A stretch of 38,698 bases of DNA, taken from the NCBI GenBank assembly GCA_002471865.1, contig DKQU01000009.1, positions 1,993 to 40,690 of the forward strand. The letters are read 5' to 3'. This document shows positions 24,630-33,075 of the stretch, piece by piece. The DNA comes from Fidelibacterota bacterium UBA7300 (GTDB lineage: Bacteria > Fidelibacterota > Marinisomatia > Marinisomatales > UBA2128). A model generated the notes under the pieces. It worked only from the letters and a program-made list of their open reading frames with translations. It was not told where the DNA came from and did no database searches. Numbering within the stretch: the first letter of the stretch is position 1; every line of letters begins with the position of its first letter. Both the position numbers and the translations under genes were made by a program.

Positions 24630-27600
24630 ATGAAGCTTAAAATAGAAATTTCAAGAACTTCTATTTTTCTTCTTTTGATAAGTTTATTAATAATTATTCC
24701 TTTCAATACGCTCTCCAGTCAATGGAAGTTCTTTGGAAAGAAAGATAATACAGCCATGCACGAACTTGTGCCAGAAAAGGATTGGCCTGAGTGGAAATAC
24801 CGCGACTACTACGACTGGCGTAACACGGCATTGATGAGACAGTTGGATGATGAAGATGACCCGCAGATACTTAGACGGCAAAAAGCTATTCTTGTAGGTA
24901 ATAAGATTTCCGCTGAAATCTGGAATTTTGGATCTATTTCCAGCCCAGGAAATCATACTTCCGATATTGTATGGGAAGGACTCGGATATGGATATGAATT
25001 TGGTCCGTTTATTTGCGCAGAAGTTGAAGTGACTCCATCCAGCCATCAGGATGCTTACATCAAGACCGATGAACTTGGAAATCCGGTTATCAACGAGGAG
25101 GGCGACACTGTCTGGGTAGCGAGAGTCATTAGTGATGGTTTGGTTTCTCTGGGAGGTGAAGTATCACCTGATGGTCAAGAATTCTGGGGATGGCAGCCTC
25201 TTGCATATAACAATGAGCTTGTTCCTTATGCGGATCCTAACAGCAATTATATCCCCACATCAAATGATGTGGACCGCGATGGTGATGGTAAACCAGACAG
25301 CTGGCCTGAAGGGTGGTACAATGAGAATCTAAAGGAATTTGTTTGGCCCGGGGCTCTAAAACAAGGTGCATCTAATTCTGATATGGAAAGCTTCTTTGTG
25401 GTGGACGACCGAACTAACAAGGAATTTGAATATTATCCAATCAGCAACGATTCTACCCGTAAAGGACTTGGAATTGAAATTGAATGTCGGTATTACCAGT
25501 GGTCCAACCCTTTAGCTGAAGATATTATTTTTCTTATTTACAAAGTTACTAATGTCAGTGACAAAGATCTTGAGGAAGTCATATTTGGAATGTGGGGTGA
25601 TCCCCATGTTGGCGGATGGGCAAACTGGCAGGATGACCTCTCCTTTTTTGATCAAGATATAAATATGGTGTACTGCTGGGATGAAGATGGAGTCAGTGAT
25701 GTGTCTGGACGTCCCCCGGGGTATTTTGGCTATAAATTTCTGGAGAGTCCAGGGAACCCATATGATGGTATAGATAACGACGATGATAATATGATAGACG
25801 AAAGCCGGAGTGACGGAATCGATAACGATTTAGATTGGGATGTTGAAAAACATGATGTTGGAGTTGACGGTCTTCCTAATACTGGCGACGAAGGTGAAGG
25901 AGATGGTGAGCCAACCGCAGGAGATCCTTTTGATATCCGCGAACCTGGAGAACCTAATTACGAATGGACTGACTTGGACGAGGCGGATATGGTGGGGTTA
26001 ACAGGATTTTCCTCACCTGTGTTCGGAGGAAATAACACCATATCAGAAGATCATCACGTATTCGAAGATTTTTTGACTCCGGGAGTATTTGATTCTGCAA
26101 ATGCTAATACGGCCGGAGATTATATTTTCATCTACAGCTCAGGACCGATTGATCTACCTGCTGGAGAAGCTCGGCGGTTTTCAGTCGCATTGTTGGTAGG
26201 ACAAAATTATCAAGATCTTACATTGAATGCTGTGACAGCTCAAAGCATATATGAGCGGAATTATCAATTTGCAAAACCTCCTGAAAAACCTAAGGTCACA
26301 GCTGTTCCAGGTGATGAGAAGGTGACCTTCTACTGGGATGACGTGGCGGAATCTTCTGTGGATCCAATTTCAGAAACAGAAGATTTTGAGGGGTATGTTA
26401 TCTATCGCAGCACCGATCCGCAGTTCTTGGATCAGCAAACAATCACAGACGCTTACGGTTCGAATTTTCTGTTTACTCCACTAGAAATGGTGGGAGGAGC
26501 CCCTGCCCGATTTGACCTTGATAATGAATATAGCGGTTTAAGTGATATTCTTTATACCGGGCATGGTATTCCCTATAACCTTGGCAACAATACTGGAATC
26601 CTGCACTCTTTTGTGGACTCTAACAATGTGATTAACGGTCAAACATATTACTATGCCGTTGTCTCTTATGATCATGGAGATGATAGCTTGGAGATAGCTC
26701 CCGCAGAATGTTCCAAACTGATTACACTAAATCCTGAATCGAACGAAATTTTCCTCGATGTGAATACAGTACAGATCATTCCTCGCTCTCCCGCTGCAGG
26801 ATATGTGGAAGGACAAGTAATAGATGATGATATTTTACACCTATCGGGAATTGCTACAGGGAACCTGAGAGTTGAGATTATCGATCCTATGAAAATAGAA
26901 GATCAGGATACATTTAAAGTAACTTTTCAGGAGTCGCCAACTCGGTTTTCCATTGAGGACCTGAAACTCATAGATGATCAGTTTATCGCCAATGTAGATA
27001 AATTTATCTCTCTTTCTCATAAGAATATCAATGATAGTACTTTTTATCTTACAGATACGGCAGAAGTAAATATCTATAACAGAGATGTAGATTATGAACT
27101 TGATGCAGAATTCGGTCGTATAAAAGCCCTCGCTACTGGAGATTTGGAGGATGGAATCCTCTATTTTGCCAAGTATACCTACTTACCGATTTTTGAGAGC
27201 CAGTTGATAGATAATGAAGAAGCGAATCCTGTATTTGATGGGATGAAGATCTTTGTTGAAGACCAACCCTTGGAGATTGACATTTCAAAGACGGGATGGA
27301 ATGCATTAAGTCCGACAAATTATACTGCAGTTGTCGGAGTGTATTCACAAGGTGGGAACTCTTATCCGGCAGATTATGAAGTTCGTTTTGCATCATCAAT
27401 TGTTGACACAGGATCTTATTCAGGCATTTTTACTCCATTCAATATATATAAAACCACTATGGGCATGGTTCCCGAAAAGCAGAGGTTTGCAATTATCAAA
27501 AAACCGCCCGATGTAAGCAATGATACCTGGGACACGCACGATGAAATCGTGTTGTTTGAGGGAGAGGGATTTGGATCGCCAACTTGGATGATTAAATTCT

Positions 27601-28061
27601 TTGAACCAAGTGAGGGAACACCTGTTCTTCCGACGGAAGATGACATTTTCTATGTCTTTACTTCCCGCCCATTCTATGAAGATGATGTATATACTTTTGC
27701 TACACAGGCATCTTATATAGACAATCAGCTCGGGGAAGCAAGTTTAGATCAAATATCGGTAGTTCCAAATCCCTACGTAGTAACTAATGTTTTGGAACAA
27801 CTAGATCGCCAAAATCCGAGAGACCGTGGTCCTCGACGGGTATATTTCAACCATTTACCTACAGAGTGTACGATTCGTATATATACAATGTCAGGTGAAT
27901 TAGTAAAAACCCTGTATCATCAATCTGATCTTGATGATGGTAAGGAATTTTGGGATCTGACGACGAAAGATAATTTCCCAATTGCTTATGGTGTTTATAT
28001 CTTTCACGTGGATGCCGGAGAATTGGGGCAAAAGATTGGTCGTCTTGGTGTCATTAAATAA
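24630..28061 (+). CDS. Giant (1143 aa) secreted/surface protein of unknown function. It has an Asp-rich Ca-binding-type repeat region, an Fn3-like segment and a variant T9SS-like C-terminal domain. Paralog of 2..1732.
   Basis: Hydrophobic N-terminal signal/anchor (SIFLLLISLLIIIPF). The Asp-rich region, at about nt 25764..25934, reads YDGIDNDDDNMIDESRSDGIDNDLDWDVEKHDVGVDGLPNTGDEGEGDGEPTAGDPFD. The Fn3-like stretch reads PEKPKVTAVPGDEKVTFYWDD...FEGYVIYRS. The C-terminus reads ISVVPNPYVVTNVLEQLDRQNPRDRGPRRVYFNHLPTECTIRIYTMSGELV...GVYIFHV...GRLGVIK. AGGAG lies 13 nt upstream, and the gene starts 23 nt after the receptor stop. Confidence 0.8.
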   Translation: MKLKIEISRTSIFLLLISLLIIIPFNTLSSQWKFFGKKDNTAMHELVPEKDWPEWKYRDYYDWRNTALMRQLDDEDDPQILRRQKAILVGNKISAEIWNFGSISSPGNHTSDIVWEGLGYGYEFGPFICAEVEVTPSSHQDAYIKTDELGNPVINEEGDTVWVARVISDGLVSLGGEVSPDGQEFWGWQPLAYNNELVPYADPNSNYIPTSNDVDRDGDGKPDSWPEGWYNENLKEFVWPGALKQGASNSDMESFFVVDDRTNKEFEYYPISNDSTRKGLGIEIECRYYQWSNPLAEDIIFLIYKVTNVSDKDLEEVIFGMWGDPHVGGWANWQDDLSFFDQDINMVYCWDEDGVSDVSGRPPGYFGYKFLESPGNPYDGIDNDDDNMIDESRSDGIDNDLDWDVEKHDVGVDGLPNTGDEGEGDGEPTAGDPFDIREPGEPNYEWTDLDEADMVGLTGFSSPVFGGNNTISEDHHVFEDFLTPGVFDSANANTAGDYIFIYSSGPIDLPAGEARRFSVALLVGQNYQDLTLNAVTAQSIYERNYQFAKPPEKPKVTAVPGDEKVTFYWDDVAESSVDPISETEDFEGYVIYRSTDPQFLDQQTITDAYGSNFLFTPLEMVGGAPARFDLDNEYSGLSDILYTGHGIPYNLGNNTGILHSFVDSNNVINGQTYYYAVVSYDHGDDSLEIAPAECSKLITLNPESNEIFLDVNTVQIIPRSPAAGYVEGQVIDDDILHLSGIATGNLRVEIIDPMKIEDQDTFKVTFQESPTRFSIEDLKLIDDQFIANVDKFISLSHKNINDSTFYLTDTAEVNIYNRDVDYELDAEFGRIKALATGDLEDGILYFAKYTYLPIFESQLIDNEEANPVFDGMKIFVEDQPLEIDISKTGWNALSPTNYTAVVGVYSQGGNSYPADYEVRFASSIVDTGSYSGIFTPFNIYKTTMGMVPEKQRFAIIKKPPDVSNDTWDTHDEIVLFEGEGFGSPTWMIKFFEPSEGTPVLPTEDDIFYVFTSRPFYEDDVYTFATQASYIDNQLGEASLDQISVVPNPYVVTNVLEQLDRQNPRDRGPRRVYFNHLPTECTIRIYTMSGELVKTLYHQSDLDDGKEFWDLTTKDNFPIAYGVYIFHVDAGELGQKIGRLGVIK

Positions 28062-28080
28062 TGAAAAAGTAAAAAAAAAG

Positions 28081-29115
28081 ATGAAGTCAACTATCAAGAT
28101 TCAACTCTTATGCCTACTTGTCTTTGGGAACTTTGGTTGGTCCCAATTGGATAACGTGCAGACGATCACCAAAACAGGGACCACTGCAGCACAATTCTTG
28201 AAGATTGGTGTAGATCCAAGAGGATCATCTATGGGGAATGCTTTTACAGCGATGCCAGGAGATGTCAGTTCTATGTTCTGGAATCCTGCTGGGTTAACCG
28301 CTGTAAAAAGGATCGAATCCATGTTTGTTGAAAGTGATTGGCTGGCAGGAGTGAGTTATAATTATTTGGCTCTTGCACTACCGATTCGTAGTATAGGTGT
28401 GCTAGGGATGAGCATCACAAACTTATCTGTTCCTGAAGAGATCGTTCGTACGGTAACTGACCCGGAGGGCACTGGAGAATATTGGGATGCACAAGATCTG
28501 GCAATCAATCTTGCTTTTGCTAGAACTTTAACTGACAGGTTTTCTATAGGTGCAAATATTAAATATATTCAACAGAATATTTGGCATGCCACCGCCGATG
28601 CATTTGCTGTGGATATAGGTGCTCTGTTCATCACACCGTGGGGAGTCCGATTGGGGGCAAGCCTTGCCAATTATGGTAATTATATGAGACTGTCTGGACG
28701 GGATCAAAAATTAAGTGTTGATCCTGATCCTCAGAACCAAGGAAACGTTGAATTTGTAAATGCCATGTATGAGACAGATTATTTTCCTCTTCCACTCATG
28801 TTTCGTGTAGGATTATCAGGAGAGATTATAAAAACCAATGCATTGCGGCTTAGTTTTGGTGTGGATGCACTGCATCCAAACGATAACAGTGAAGCGGTTA
28901 ACGCTGGGTTTGAAATGGCAATGGGTGAGACTATTTTCCTCCGGGGTGGACATGCAAACCTGTTCAGAGAAGGTGCCGAAGAGGGATTTACACTTGGTGG
29001 AGGGATTCATTATAGGTTAAAGAGTAGTCCTACAATTATTAAGATAGATTATTCCTATTCTGATTTTAGCAGGTTAGAAGGAGTCCAACGAATATCCATG
29101 GGGATTAAATTTTAG
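28081..29115 (+). CDS. PorV/PorQ-family (LptO-like) T9SS-associated outer-membrane beta-barrel, copy B
   Basis: MKSTIKIQLLCLLVFGNFGWSQ is the signal peptide. GTTAAQFLKIGVDPRGSSMGNAFTAMPGDVSSMFWNPAGLTA follows. The protein is collinear with 1750..2802 over its full length (..ALHPNDNSEAVNAG..FLRGG...IDYSY..) and ends ..MGIKF. The track ORF start at 27982 lies inside the upstream gene, so ATG 28081 is preferred. Confidence 0.7.
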   Translation: MKSTIKIQLLCLLVFGNFGWSQLDNVQTITKTGTTAAQFLKIGVDPRGSSMGNAFTAMPGDVSSMFWNPAGLTAVKRIESMFVESDWLAGVSYNYLALALPIRSIGVLGMSITNLSVPEEIVRTVTDPEGTGEYWDAQDLAINLAFARTLTDRFSIGANIKYIQQNIWHATADAFAVDIGALFITPWGVRLGASLANYGNYMRLSGRDQKLSVDPDPQNQGNVEFVNAMYETDYFPLPLMFRVGLSGEIIKTNALRLSFGVDALHPNDNSEAVNAGFEMAMGETIFLRGGHANLFREGAEEGFTLGGGIHYRLKSSPTIIKIDYSYSDFSRLEGVQRISMGIKF

Positions 29116-29215
29116 TCTCCCTTTACACGAAATCCCCAGATTTACTGTTCGCAAGAGAGAAGGTAATTTTATCATCAGAAAGCTATTTTCTAAAGATTTG
29201 TTATATAAGTAATTC

Positions 29216-30517
29216 ATGAATAAAAAACTAAGTGTCATCTTTGTTTATCTAATTATTGTTATCTTTCCTCAATCTGGATTTTGTTTCTCTGATATCGCTC
29301 AGAAAATATCAAGTCAGATAGTCTCCCGCGTATTAAGGTCAGGACAAGTTGTACAGCTCATCGGTGTTACCGAGGATTATACTAATATGGGTAATATTGA
29401 AGGAGTAGCTATCCACATTTATTCGGAAAATATTCCAGATGTTTCTCTCCGTTTTCAATATGATAATGGTAACTGGTCGGAGTGGCAAAACGCCCAACTG
29501 TTTACTGAGCCGTTTTCGTACCGTTCCATTGCCTGGTTCAGGGGTGAACTGGCCAAATCATCCATGCGATATGAATATAACACTTCCGTTCAGCAGGGTA
29601 GCATAGAGATACTAAGTGTTGGCCTGTTTCTTGAAGATAATGAAGAATATCCCATTGTATCTGAAATCCCCAAAGTAACACCACATGATTTGCAAAAACC
29701 CCGTATTATTACCAGAGAAGAGTGGGGAGCTCAACCCCCAACACATGGTTATACAAATCACCCATACTTTACAAAGTTAACTCTTCACCATGCGGCGGGA
29801 TTTTCCGCCTCGAATATTGAAGAAGGGAAAATTCAGATGAGGGCTATTCAAGACTTTCATCAGATTGTCCGTGGATGGAGTGATATTGGTTATCACTTTG
29901 TTGTTGATCGAGCAGGTAACATTTATCAAGGGAGACCTGAGACAGTAATTGGTGCTCATGTGCTTAGCCATAACACGGGCAATATTGGTGTATGTGTTCT
30001 AGGGTGTTATCATCCACCGGAATTGTATTGTAATGATCAACTTACTCAAGCTTCAAGAGATTCGCTGGTCAAACTTTACGCGTGGATTTCTGAAACATAT
30101 GACTATAATCCTTATGTTCTTCTCGGTCATAGAGATTATCCAGACAATGATACTTCATGCCCTGGTAACAATGTCTGGTCTCTTTTATATTCAATAAGAG
30201 ATGCAATAAATATTTATATAGAAATGGGAGGGCCTCCACTTTACTATACATTATCACAGAATTATCCTAACCCATTTAATCTGCAAACAACAATTCTCTT
30301 CGATTTACCAAAAGAAAGTATGGTTCATTTGACTATATTTAACATCCAGGGTAGAGTAGTAAAAAAAGTTGTAGACCAGATTATGAATAAGGGAATACAG
30401 ACAGTTATGTGGGATGGAAGAAATATTGAAGATACCCAAGTAAGTGCAGGAGTTTATCTATACCAAATAGAGGCTGGAGATTTTGTGCAGACCAAGAAGA
30501 TGGTGCTCCTAAAGTAA
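29216..30517 (+). CDS. N-acetylmuramoyl-L-alanine amidase (Amidase_2/PGRP-type) with a T9SS C-terminal sorting domain
   Basis: ITREEWGAQPP...LTLHHAAG...IQDFHQIVRGWSDIGYHFVVDRAGNIYQGRP...GAHVLSHNTGNIGVCVLG...SCPG is the amidase_2 (T7-lysozyme/PGRP) pattern. The CTD reads QNYPNPFNLQTTILFDLP...AGVYLYQI...KKMVLLK. Confidence 0.8.
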   Translation: MNKKLSVIFVYLIIVIFPQSGFCFSDIAQKISSQIVSRVLRSGQVVQLIGVTEDYTNMGNIEGVAIHIYSENIPDVSLRFQYDNGNWSEWQNAQLFTEPFSYRSIAWFRGELAKSSMRYEYNTSVQQGSIEILSVGLFLEDNEEYPIVSEIPKVTPHDLQKPRIITREEWGAQPPTHGYTNHPYFTKLTLHHAAGFSASNIEEGKIQMRAIQDFHQIVRGWSDIGYHFVVDRAGNIYQGRPETVIGAHVLSHNTGNIGVCVLGCYHPPELYCNDQLTQASRDSLVKLYAWISETYDYNPYVLLGHRDYPDNDTSCPGNNVWSLLYSIRDAINIYIEMGGPPLYYTLSQNYPNPFNLQTTILFDLPKESMVHLTIFNIQGRVVKKVVDQIMNKGIQTVMWDGRNIEDTQVSAGVYLYQIEAGDFVQTKKMVLLK

Positions 30518-30607
30518 AAGAGATATGTTAGTTTGGCATAAGCACTGACTTCACCGGATGGAACCAATAGGTGATCAATTTGTGCAGGATTGGTTAAACT
30601 GGCACAA

Positions 30608-33070
30608 CTATTTCAGTAGAGTAAACTTTCGGGCGTAGCTCTGACCACCTGATTTAAGCAGTACGGTGTAAGTTCCCGATGCTGCCATTTCTCCGGCAAA
30701 CGTCTTTCCATTCCATTTTACAGTGAGTTCGCCCCCGGTGGTCGGCAAAGCGGTTAGAGGAATTTCAGCCACTGACCGTCCAAGAATATCAAGGATCTTG
30801 ATAATAGATGTTTCTGCCTGAAATCCCTGAGAGATCTGGATCAATATATTGACTTGGAGATTTGCAGGATTGGGGTAAATGGCAGTGATGCTCGGAGTTT
30901 GTGGCAACGGTGTTGGATCAGTCACTAATTGGAGGTTCGTGTAGAAGTAGTTCAGCATTTCGGACATGATAGCGTTCCTGCTCTCCTCCGGGTAGATGGT
31001 CTCGAAAGGGATGGCAAGATGTACCACTCCTCCCTGAGAAGAACTTCCCCCGAAATTTCCGATGTACTCTATTCCTGCTCCTCCCTTTGTGGAATAATCC
31101 ACATTGTTGTATTTAAGATTTATGGCAGATCCAGCGGTAGGTTTGATCCCATCCGGCCAGTCCACATCATAAGTGCCATGACTTCCGTTGTCAAAGGTAA
31201 CGCTGGAAAAGTCGGAGAAGATTCCTCCGTCAGTGCCGAATGCTTCATAAGTTCCCTGTTGGCCGCCTGCCGCGTCAGAGACAAAAACTGACTTCAGATA
31301 ATCGGTGTAGAAAGCATAATCAGCAGCATCTCCCTCAGCCACCAGATCGTAACCGATTTCTGAACCTGAAACAAATAGTCCCCGCCCTGCCTCGAGGAAG
31401 TCCATCACCTCTGCTTGTTCAGCCGCTGTAAAGGAGCTGGTAGCTGTTCCTTCTTCGCCCAGAATCCAGTCAACAATGAAGTAATCGTTCAAATTGATAC
31501 TGCCTGATTCCACAACTTCGTTAGCGCAGGCGTCGAAGGCAACCCCGGCGGCTTGAATGGCAGGACCGTGGCGGCGAATGAAATCAAATGTGTTGGTGGT
31601 GCCGTTAACACGGTCGAAGCCGTTTACCACCAGGATAGGAACTTCCTCAGAAGTTGGTATTACACCCAGCACTTCTGTCATAGGGCTTTCGCCATACTCG
31701 TTCTCTGCTGATATTTGGAAGTAGTACAGTTCGTCTTCTGTTAGATTGGTCAAGACTACAGGTTCACTTGAAAAGGTTGCGAGCAACTCTGAACTGCCTG
31801 CTAACCAGCTGTAGATGTTAAACTCACTGGCGCCGCTTGGCGTAGAGAAGTTGATTTGCACCGAGCCGTCGCCTATATTGATGATACTCAGATTGGTGGG
31901 AGTTGTGGGCGGAGCAGAAGCGCCAAAGTGATCAGCCAGCGCTCCCCATAACTCCGGTTCAGTTCCGTCATAGCCGAGTGCCCAAATACCGATACCCAGC
32001 AAGTCTTCGTCGATGGCCAACTCGTATTTAAGGGAAAGTGAGAGGCTGTCATCATACCACCCTTGGTGCCAGTTACTGCTGCCATCTTGGTAGTGGTACC
32101 ACGGTGTCTGGGATTCATCGTTCCACAAGGGGCCGTAACTCTCCGCCAGAGCGATGGCTTCGGAGTAGAATTTGGCATCGCCGCTCCCGGTAGTGGATGC
32201 TCCGGCGCTGCCGGAAGTAGTTGGCCATTCGTATCCGTAGTACGGCAAGCCGAGGATGATCTTATCCCGGTCGTTTCCGGTCTCGTTCAAGTAGTCGTTC
32301 ACGGTCCAAGTGACGTTGTAGGTACCCCAGCCGGATAGGGGAGAGACAGGTCCTGCCGTGGGACTGCCGCTCCAGTGATAGGCGTAACCCATGATCATCA
32401 AGCCGTCGCAAGTTTCAGCGAGAGCGTCGTAATCAAAGGCGTTAGACCAATCCACAGCCGGAGTAGCCATAGTCACCTGTGATGCCGGATTCGCTTCGTG
32501 AAAAGCTGCAGTTAGATCCGTCATGAATGTGGTAAGGTTGTTACGTTGGCTGGAGGGGACACCTTCAAAATCTATATTCACCCCGTCAGCTCCAGCATCG
32601 TTTACCTCTGTCAGGAGATTATTGATGAGTGTCTGCCGGTTGGAAGGGCTGCTCAAAAGCTGGGCTAAGTTATCGCTGTTGAATAGGATGACTCCCAATG
32701 AGACTTCTGTTCCGTACGAGTGAGCTTCGTTGATGAGGCTCGTCACCGGCCAGCCGTGATGATCAACTATATTACCGCTGCCGTTGATCTCCAAACCGAA
32801 ATAGGCGATGGTGGAAATGAGATTGAAGTTGTAGCTCTGCCACGCCGTCCCCATCCAGTAGGGGTGGTAACCGAATACCTCCCTGGAGGGTATTGTCCGT
32901 CGTGCCTGTATTGGGATAGAAGCACCATAGGATTCGGTTTTGATGTCACGATATAGCTCTCGGAAGATTTCGTGTTGTTCTTGGTGGATACTTTTGTGAT
33001 ACTGTCCGGTAGCGACGTTTGTCAGCATTAAAACAAAGGCCAAAAAGAGTAATGCCTGCAGTAGCTTCAT
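30608..33070 (-). CDS. GH18 glycoside hydrolase (SleL/YaaH-like, chitinase-like) + Fn3-like + uncharacterised ~230-aa module + T9SS C-terminal sorting domain
   Basis: VFGYHPYW...LSTIAYFGL...ADGVNIDFEG is the GH18 DxxDxDxE region with Asn at the second Asp position, as I recall for Bacillus YaaH/YdhD-type enzymes. ...LMIMGYAYH...LGLPYYGY...IGIWALGYD follows. The Fn3-like region reads PTNLSIINIGDGSVQINF. The shared module reads VPILVVNGFDR...LFVSGSEIGYDL. The CTD variant reads AIYPNPANLQVNILIQ...GTYTVLL...RKFTLLK. Confidence 0.8.
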   Translation of the reverse strand: MKLLQALLFLAFVLMLTNVATGQYHKSIHQEQHEIFRELYRDIKTESYGASIPIQARRTIPSREVFGYHPYWMGTAWQSYNFNLISTIAYFGLEINGSGNIVDHHGWPVTSLINEAHSYGTEVSLGVILFNSDNLAQLLSSPSNRQTLINNLLTEVNDAGADGVNIDFEGVPSSQRNNLTTFMTDLTAAFHEANPASQVTMATPAVDWSNAFDYDALAETCDGLMIMGYAYHWSGSPTAGPVSPLSGWGTYNVTWTVNDYLNETGNDRDKIILGLPYYGYEWPTTSGSAGASTTGSGDAKFYSEAIALAESYGPLWNDESQTPWYHYQDGSSNWHQGWYDDSLSLSLKYELAIDEDLLGIGIWALGYDGTEPELWGALADHFGASAPPTTPTNLSIINIGDGSVQINFSTPSGASEFNIYSWLAGSSELLATFSSEPVVLTNLTEDELYYFQISAENEYGESPMTEVLGVIPTSEEVPILVVNGFDRVNGTTNTFDFIRRHGPAIQAAGVAFDACANEVVESGSINLNDYFIVDWILGEEGTATSSFTAAEQAEVMDFLEAGRGLFVSGSEIGYDLVAEGDAADYAFYTDYLKSVFVSDAAGGQQGTYEAFGTDGGIFSDFSSVTFDNGSHGTYDVDWPDGIKPTAGSAINLKYNNVDYSTKGGAGIEYIGNFGGSSSQGGVVHLAIPFETIYPEESRNAIMSEMLNYFYTNLQLVTDPTPLPQTPSITAIYPNPANLQVNILIQISQGFQAETSIIKILDILGRSVAEIPLTALPTTGGELTVKWNGKTFAGEMAASGTYTVLLKSGGQSYARKFTLLK

Positions 33071-33075
33071 TAGTC

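Noticed and set aside
25764-25934. Asp-codon-rich stretch (gat/gac runs) that looks like a DNA repeat
   Set aside because: It is in frame within the giant protein and encodes D.D.D-type Ca-binding repeats (DGIDNDDDNMID.., DGIDNDLDWD.., VGVDGLPNTGDEGEGDGEP). The repetition is at protein-motif level. It is not a nucleotide tandem repeat.
27982-28080. N-terminal extension of the PorV/PorQ-like copy B ORF as given in the track
   Set aside because: The extension overlaps the 3' end of the giant gene and encodes no signal peptide. ATG 28081 gives MKSTIKIQLLCLLVFGNFGWSQ, which is collinear with the N-terminus of copy A.
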